Position numbers and translations under genes: made by a program | Part shown: piece after piece, positions 36,263 through 43,611 of the stretch | How the letters are laid out: each line of letters opens with the position of its first letter | How positions within the stretch are numbered: position 1 is the first letter of the stretch | Notes under the pieces: model-generated | Database searches by the model: none | Seen by the model: the letters and a program-made list of their open reading frames with translations, nothing else | Told to the model about the DNA's origin: nothing | DNA from: Reclinomonas americana ATCC 50394 | Lineage: Eukaryota | Direction: 5' to 3' | Length of the DNA: 43,611 bases | Assembly: GCA_048213135.1 (NCBI GenBank) | Contig: PS015286.1 | Coordinates: forward strand, 1 to 43,611

Positions 36263-36590
36263 TTTCGTTTTCTCGAGCTCGTGCTTCATCGAGGTGCAAG
36301 GGCGATGATCGGCTGGCACTGCTGTTATGTGCAGACCCACGTGAAAACGCGTCAGTTCGATTTCCCTCTGCATTTATTGCGATGTGCTGCAAGTGATCGG
36401 AAAAAGCCTTCGATGTGCTGAGTTTCTTTCGTTTTCTCGAGCTCGTACTTCATTGCAGTGCGAGGGCGATGATCGGTTGGCATCACTGTGATGTGCAGAA
36501 CCAAGTGCAGGTGCGTCAGTTCGATTCACAGCGTTGCGTTCATTGAGATGACTGCAAGTGGTCAAAGGAAGCCTTGCAGCACTGCGTGAA
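36263..36590. repeat. Intergenic tandem duplication, 2 x 164 bp, each copy predicted to fold back
   Basis: TTTCGTTTTCTCGAGCTCGT at 36263 and 36427. Shared blocks AGGGCGATGATCGG, ATGTGCAGA, GCGTCAGTTCGATT, CTGCAAGTG and AAGCCTT appear in the same order. Confidence 0.85.
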
Positions 36591-36623
36591 ACAACAAGCT
36601 ACCTTCCATATTCCTTGGCCAAC

Positions 36624-37703
36624 TCACAGATGTAGCGCGGGATCGGCACGGCATCGGTGCACCACCACCTCGGCCTCTTCAACGATAAAGCATCGCAGCA
36701 CCATCTCCGGCAGGCATCGTTCCTCACACTCCCCCGCCTGCATCATCTCCTGAACAGCCTGCATAGCCTCGCGTGCTTGGTCGCGCTCGACGACGGCGAG
36801 ACCGCACGGCGTGGAAAACACTCGAATGGCATCGTAGCCTCCGCTGACAATGTGCTGACCATCGGGCGTGATGGCGACTGACTGCACACCTCCTTCCACG
36901 GGCACATCAAAGCACCGCACCTCCTTTCCAGTCGCCAGTGACCACACTCGAATAGTCTTGTCGAGGCTCCCACTCACCACATGCTGACTGTTGGGAGCGA
37001 CGGCAACTGACTTCACCTCGCCAGTGTGACCCTCGAATCGTCGCACCTCTTCTCCACTCGCCAGTGACCACACGCGCACCGTGGCATCCTTACTCCCGCT
37101 CACCACTTGCTGGCCGTCGGGAGTGATCGCCACCGATACAACGAAATCGGTGTGCCCCTTCAACTGTCGCACCTGCTCTCCACTCACCAGCGACCACACT
37201 CGCACTGTCTTGTCATCACTTCCACTGACGACGTACTGGCCGTTGGGAGTGACGGCCACAGAGTTCACCCACCCAGCGTGTCCCTGCATTCGTCGCACTT
37301 CTTCTCCGCGCATCAGCGACCACACTCGAATCGTCTTGTCATCACTTCCGCTCACCACATGCTCGCCGTCAGCAGCAACGGCGACAGAGTTCACTCCCAA
37401 AGCATGTCCCTCCAGTCGCCGCACTTCTTCGCCATCCACCACGAACCACACACGCACTGTCTTGTCAGCACCTCCACTCACAACGTGCTGACCGTCGGGA
37501 GTGATCGCGACAGACGTGACCCGAGAGTGCCCGACCAACTCTGCAATCTGTTGACCACTCGCCGCACACCACACTCGCACAGTGCCCTCGAGACTGCCGC
37601 TCACTACGTGCCGACCATCGGGAGTCACAGCTACAGTTACGTCGAAGCCGATGGCGTCAGTGAGGTACTTGGAGATGAATGCAGGGGCAGTGGTGTGTGA
37701 CAT
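36624..37703 (-). CDS. Intronless WD40 protein with highly similar repeats and C-terminal LPxxVLRCFxxEEA motif
   Basis: Seven near-identical GHxxxVxSVA(V/I)TPDGQxVVSGSxDKTVRVW repeats. Start MSHTT at 37703 is inferred; TGA ends at 36624. Confidence 0.88.
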   Translation of the reverse strand: MSHTTAPAFISKYLTDAIGFDVTVAVTPDGRHVVSGSLEGTVRVWCAASGQQIAELVGHSRVTSVAITPDGQHVVSGGADKTVRVWFVVDGEEVRRLEGHALGVNSVAVAADGEHVVSGSDDKTIRVWSLMRGEEVRRMQGHAGWVNSVAVTPNGQYVVSGSDDKTVRVWSLVSGEQVRQLKGHTDFVVSVAITPDGQQVVSGSKDATVRVWSLASGEEVRRFEGHTGEVKSVAVAPNSQHVVSGSLDKTIRVWSLATGKEVRCFDVPVEGGVQSVAITPDGQHIVSGGYDAIRVFSTPCGLAVVERDQAREAMQAVQEMMQAGECEERCLPEMVLRCFIVEEAEVVVHRCRADPALHL

Positions 37704-37706
37704 GTG

Positions 37707-37738
<32 letters not shown>

Positions 37739-38066
37739 GCTGTTGATGACGGAGTGGTTTGAGAAGACACACTCTGCGCGCAACAAGAACTAAACCGACC
37801 CGCGAAAGAGAGTGGAGGACAGACGTCGTTTCGACGCTCTTTGACTTCGTTGACCTCGTTGGCCGTGTACTCAACACGGTACAACACAGGGCAGCACTTG
37901 CTATACAACGTTACTGTCAAACCCCTCCCTGTTCTCTTCCCCCTTCAGCCTCCTCAACACCATCCATCTGGGAGGTTCATTTGCCTTCTTCTTCTCTCTC
38001 TCACACACACAGCCCAAGTACATAACACAATGAGCGTGCGCGGTGAAGTTGGAATCCACAGACACG

Positions 38067-41000
38067 TTACATGCCGGCCAGCGATGGTGATGAGCCGTAC
38101 ACGTAGACCGGTGCGTAGTTGCTCGAGGGCGACGGCAGCGGGACCGGTGGGCTGACAATGCACTCAAACTGCGCGAGAGGGTTTAACAACACATCGCCTT
38201 CGTGCATCACATTCTCTCTTGTCACGTCTCTCACCTCCCAGTCCATGAATGCAGAGCCCGAGTTGGAGCACGGACTGTTGGGACACGAGTTAGCAGCTAC
38301 CACCTCGCCTGTGGTCACTCACAGCACCACTGAACGCAACGGATTGCCAAAGAGCTGCAGGCCGAGAGCGAGCGAGAACTGGCATCGCGACAGGTTGTTG
38401 CAGAGCGACTGCAACACACCTGAGTGTGTAACATTAAGACAGGATGAGAATTCAAGTTGAACAAAGTGCACGAATATCTGCACACAAACCAACGCTCTCC
38501 AAATCACTGGCACAGTAGCCGTCACCACCGCCGCAGTTCGAGCCATTGGTGCGTCCCCACACGGCCTTCAGGATCTGCACACTGGAACCTGGCGGACAAA
38601 TGGCCACCAGCTGATCGGTCTGGCACGTGACCTTGCGGAGACCGGCGCACACACCATTGGTGGTTGTCACTTGTCTGGCCATGTGGGTGAGCGACTGCTA
38701 CGAAAGATCGCGACAAGCAGAAAAATTCATCACTCACCCCGGCGGGCACACACCCGAGCACTGGCCAGTGATGGTGTCGCAGCCGGAGCCGTTGCACAGT
38801 GGCGACGGGCACGAGATGGACAGGTCGGGCGTGCTGACCGCGTTTGGTGTCACCGTCACCAAGCTCTCCAGCGACTGCCCGGTCACCGTGTCGGTGGCGC
38901 GAACGTTGACTTGCACGGCCGACGGCAGCGATGTGGAGGCGTTGATGACGCGCAGCAAGGCGTCGGGGGTGCTGGTGCCCGGCTTCGGCACCACATCAAA
39001 GATGGAGGCCAGGGTCAACAGCGTCCATTGCACTTGATTGGCGGAGGTGACAGAGAGTGTGCCGACCACCACATTGTCGACGGCTGTCGGCGAGTCGAAC
39101 GAGCTGGGAATCAGTTGCATATCTGCGTGGCATGGGTGAGCGTGATGAGGGCATCAAAGACAGAGTTTTCACGTCTGAGAGCACTCACTGGACGGCTTGG
39201 CGAGTTTGGTGAGCACAATGGCCGACGCCGTAATCTGTTGGTTAGAGTGCTCGTCGATCGCCGCCACGTGCACAGTCAGCGTGTCCGGCAAGGTGCTGGC
39301 AGAGTTGTACAGCCCGTCGGAGGCAATCAGATGGCCTTCAAAGATGTCGAATCCTGCGCAACGAAAAGCTTGTTAACACACACGCAAACGAAAAAAAAAA
39401 GCCGTCGTCACACAGCCTACTCACGAGACCAGTCGTCGGGGAACGAGGTGTCAATGACAAACGTGAACGGTCCGGTGCCATCAATGTCAAACGCGTGCAG
39501 CTCGCCGAAATCGTGACCCGGCTGAATGTCCTCGGCGTACGACGTGGGTCCGTATGTGAGAAGTGGCGCCACGTTGACGGCGACCAGAATGTTGCCGGTG
39601 GTCATGCCAGCGGTGTTGCTGACAGACAAACGCAACGACAGCGGCGTCGACAGCGTGGCGGGCAGGCCACCAGCACCGACAGCGAGTGCGCCAGTGGAGG
39701 AGTTGAGGGTGAAGAACGAGTTGAACGTGTCTCCATCCCCGCTGACCAGAGTGTAGGTCAGCGACGGATTCACGTGTCCATCGCCGGCGTTCACCGTGCC
39801 AACGGCAGTCAAGGCGGGCGTGGGCAGGTTGAGAGGCGTTGTCACCGGGATCAGGCCGAAAATATACGGCGCCGGACCACCGCCCACCAAACTACACGCA
39901 GTGAGAGAAAGGGGAGGAGGAGGGAGAGAGAAGAGACGGCGACGCACATGACAATCTGCACTCGGGCGAGCAGCGCGCTGGTCAGCGGGTCGGTGATCGA
40001 CAGCGCGAACGTGTACGCGGCGGCGACATTCGGGTTGAAGCTCAGCGGGGCAAACACCGAAAACCTGCACAACATGGTGAGGGGGGAAATCACACGAAGC
40101 AGACAAGGTGCAAGGGACGTGCGGCGCACGTCAGGTTTTCCGAATTCTGCGCCACCGAGCCAGATGTCAGTGGAGCGCCATTGACTCCACCACCATTCGC
40201 GGTTGCACCCGTGCCTGTTGCACATGCAGGTATCAATAATGGATCAAGAGCGACATTCGCAGGACGGGCACTCACCGACAGCATTGTCGGGGAAGAAGGT
40301 GAGCGGATTGATCGACATCTGGTTGATGTTGGCGGCCGCAGATGGATCGCCATCAATATCCAGGGTAGCCGTCACGTCGCTCAACTTGCGTCCCTGTTGA
40401 CCGTCCAGATCGACATTGATCTGTGTGTGGAGGAGGAGAGAAAAAACGGGGAGTTCAGTATCTAGGGATGTGTGAGGATGGTGAATCGCAGAGACGGCAC
40501 GCAACCGAGAACTCAAAGTTCCACCTGCGTGCACACAAGCGTCCCTGGATGAGAAGAGTGGAGGAACAGGATTGAGGAGCGTGCAGAGGGACGCAACACG
40601 GCGCGGAGGTTTGGCGAGGTGCCGGTGGTTCCAGTGGCAAACGAGTATGTGCCGTCACCATTGGAGTTGAACACTACGCGAGTGCAAGAGGCAGACGAGA
40701 GTCAAAGGATTACGTGGGATACAAAGATGTTGACTGCAAGCGTACCGTTTTGACCGCGGACCTTGCCACGCAGCGCCACTGAGAAGAAAGAGTAGTGAGT
40801 ACATCTTGCCTACTGATTCGATGTGGTGCTGGATTCAGACTGCACACCTTCGACATTGTTCTCACGATCGACAGTCCACGAGCCGTTGGCGTTGCCGGAG
40901 CCGAAAATCACATTCGACGTCACATTCTGGTCGTAAGTGCCCGGTGCCGTGCCGACAATGACAGTCATGGAGACAGAGGCCAGAAGAACATTGGACTGAT

Positions 41001-42700
41001 TCTTGACCTCCAGTTTGAAGTCGTAGACACCGTTGGCAAGCGGGTTGTAGTTGGCGCCTGCACAGAGGTGAGTAGCAGTTTCAAGAAGAGCACCACCAAC
41101 AACAGTGTGCTTACCCGGCGTCCAACCCAAGTTCTGACTGTTCTGCGCCTTGGTGTACTGCGAGAGATCGGCGGACAGTCCCGGCTCGACACCCTGCGAG
41201 TTGGCGGTGCTGAAGATGCCTGTGCACACATTGAACGATGAGCTGGCTGAAGGGGGAAGGTACGGAGAAGAAGAGGTAGCAGCGTACCCAGCGAGTTATC
41301 CGTGAACGTTGTCAGCATGTTCACCCCGACGAACTGGGAAGCAGGAGGAAAACGCAGTCCACGCCTCAGTGCGATGGGAGGGGGGCTGATAGCATCGAAT
41401 TTTCGCGCAACACAAACCTGCTTGTACAGCGACGGATTGGGATCAATGGACAGCGTCACCGTCACATCGGCCAGCGTCAAGGATCCAGTGCCATCGTAGT
41501 TGGTGTCCCTGTGTAACATGTCAGGGCGCGCAACAGACACAGGAGCGGAGGGGACGTGTACCCTGCACGCACTGCGCCACCACAAGACGGATGTGGAAGT
41601 GAGTGGAGCAGTGCGAGAAAACGGGCGTGTGGAGCAAGTGCGACGCACCACTGAGAACTCGTAATTCCAGTCGGCCAAGGAAGCATTCGCGCCGGCAATC
41701 GCCGGGTACGAGTAGACGTTGTTCGTCACATTGTTGGTGACCTGGCCGAATCGCTGCTTGGCACGCAGACCGACTGTGGGTGTGTGTCAGTATGATGAGA
41801 GGTCCCGCGACAAACACCGAATTGCATGTTCTCGTGTCATGGCGACCAGAGAATCGCCAAGAAAGGAGAAGGAGGAGGAAGGAGGAGTAGAAGAAGAACT
41901 GACCTTCCACTTGTCCACTGCGATTCCGCACCCACCCATTGTCGGGATTGCCCTGTGTGTGACAACGTCGAGTGATCAGCAAAATACAAATCCACCGGCG
42001 CTCGTTTCACCAAGAACCGTGCGCAGCATCAGTGGCAAACGGTTCACATGCAGGGAGAAGACGAGCAGCAGGAGGAGCAAGAGGAGGAACAGAAACAACA
42101 GCAGGAGGAGCAAGAGGAGGAGCAGCAACTGTCCCATTCTGAAACTCAAGGAGCATGATTTGAAGGTAAAAGGATGAGAGAACGACAAGAGGATCATGCG
42201 GTGAGGACACGAAGGAGCACAGAGTAGTGGGAGAGCGATCCTTCGATTGTGGCAAGAGGGGCTGCAACCTGCCTGAGCGATGCTCTCTCTCTCTCCCTTT
42301 CTGACGGGTCCAGAATGACAAGAGGATCATGCAAAGAGGCCACAATTGACAGAGAAGTGGGCGAGTGACCCTGCGACCGTAACAACAAGAGCTGCGACCT
42401 GCCTGAGCGATACCAGCCACTGCTGCTGCCCCTTCTGATCATCATGCATGCATGCAATCGCATCTGTTGACTGTCATCTTCTCCCTCTCCTCCTCTCCTC
42501 CTCTCCTCCTCTCCCCCTCTCACCGCGCCATAGATGGCCACGATATTCGCCAGGTAATCTGTGACACTCGCCGGCGTCGCCGACACGGGCACCACACTCA
42601 TTCCCGCCACCGCAATCAGCACTGTCAGAGCCAACACAGTGGCCACAGTGTGCGCACGCGCACTGCTGCGACTGCTGGAGGGAGAAGCACCACGTCGCAT
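38067..42700 (-). CDS. Large secreted protein: signal peptide, two tandem bacterial-type beta domains, cadherin-like repeats, Cys-rich EGF-like segment and SUEL-type lectin domain
   Basis: Signal VATVLALTVLIAVAG. Repeat YDQNVTSNVIFGSGNANGSWTVDRENNVEVALRGK...FNSNGDGTYSF...WNFEFSIN...AQNS occurs twice. Cadherin-like YTLVSGDGDTFNSFFTL and LHAFDIDG; CPSPLCNGSGCDTITGQCSGVCPPG; SUEL-like CPPGSSVQILKAVWGR...C...FGNPPC. About 19 exons; the 3' end is uncertain. Confidence 0.7.
42184..42415. repeat. Diverged 133-bp tandem duplication in intron 1 of the secreted-protein gene
   Basis: GACAAGAGGATCATGC at 42184 and 42317; each copy ends GCTGC(A/G)ACCTGCCTGAGCGAT. Confidence 0.75.
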
Positions 42701-42877
42701 GTCACTGTGCAAACAAACAACGAAAGAGGGAGCAGAGAAACAGCGATTCTGAGGGCGCGAAAATGTTGGGTGTGTGTGTTCGACTCAACGGATACTTTTT
42801 TGTGCGACAACTTGATCTCTTTTTTCTCTCTTTCTTGTGTGTGTGCGCGTGTGCGTGATGAAGAGGTGAGAACCAAT

Positions 42878-42910
<33 letters not shown>

Positions 42911-43199
42911 CGCTTGATGTGTAGCAGATTCCGAACGCATCTGCTGTCTCTCTTGCTCGCTCACTCGCGTGCACACACACACAGTGAAAAGAGGTGCACG
43001 TTCTTCACATAATGGCGTGCCTTTGGTGTGTGCAGTAGCAACACAGCACTCACACACACAGCGAACTAAACATTTAAACGAGATGTCTTTGCTCACCAAT
43101 CGTTGCAAAACTTTTGTTTCCCGCCTAGGCGGACGCGAACCGAAGTCTATCGATTCATGTGGCTATTATTCATGTCTCGCTGCTACTGCTACTGCTCGA

Positions 43200-43611
43200 T
43201 CACACCCACGCGCCCCAACCGGGAAACAGTCGCGACAGGCGCTCCGGATCGGTGGCCTGCTGAATCAGCTGCCGCACTTGGCCCTCGGTGGAGTAATGCT
43301 GGCCCTCCTCGACACCATGCAGCTTTTCGGAGACGCGCAGCAGCGCTCGCTCGGCCTGTCGACTGCCGCCACCTGTGGTGGCCGAGGCAGCAGCTGCCGC
43401 CGCAGCAGACGCCGCCGCCGCTGCAGCCGCTGCCGCCGCAGCCGCGGCGCCAGCACCACTACCGCGACGTCGGAGCAGCGCATCAACCTCGGTACGTTGT
43501 GACGACATGTCGGCGTTTTGCACACGCAGTGCCTGTGTGCGGCGTCACTTCAGCATCCGTTCACAGCGAGAGGGAGAAGGGGAGGCGGCACGCAACCTTG
43601 AATGGCGACAG
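43200..43611 (-). CDS. ATM: ATM/Tel1 PIKK kinase, C-terminal FATC exons (5'-partial)
   Basis: LSPFK|ALRVQ...[51 protein letters not shown] matches the ATM C-terminus (human ...[22 protein letters not shown]). Confidence 0.9.

Noticed and set aside
36263-36590. U1 snRNA copies (164-nt period, ATGATC and CGATTTCCC words), a hammerhead ribozyme or a TPP riboswitch
   Set aside because: No ACTTACCTG 5' arm, no correctly placed U1A loop or Sm site, no CTGANGA...GAAA core and no TPP consensus. The copies also abut with no promoter space.

Overview
Compact, GC-rich, very intron-dense eukaryotic (protist-type) nuclear DNA in the standard genetic code, with 7 N-gaps. About 13 protein genes were assembled by hand from spliced exons. 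In order they are: a beta-rich protein ending in three H-type lectin domains (5' end outside the window), a divergent PRMT5-like methyltransferase lacking the TIM barrel, a myristoylated EF-hand-like/GST fusion, a membrane hybrid histidine kinase, a WD40 protein, MSH4, UPF1, RPL23A (first coding exon on an inverted contig), a gankyrin-like ankyrin protein, DDX47/RRP3, NNT, a second WD40 protein, and a large secreted protein with bacterial-type repeats, cadherin-like and SUEL domains. The window also holds the 3' end of ATM and one tRNA-Pro(TGG). The most striking observation concerns splicing. At least 20 of the roughly 100-110 introns I could place use a register-shifted donor (GTTGCGT, GTTTCGT or GTTGAGT), which is the local consensus GTGCGT/GTTCGT/GTGAGT with one extra T. 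Other notable items: a 6-nt microexon encoding conserved PRMT5 residues, a C-terminal motif shared by both WD40 proteins, a 164-bp tandem pair of predicted hairpins, and long introns with GA-rich 5' halves and CT-rich 3' halves. Exon boundaries and family calls come from reading by eye and recalled family motifs, not from database searches.
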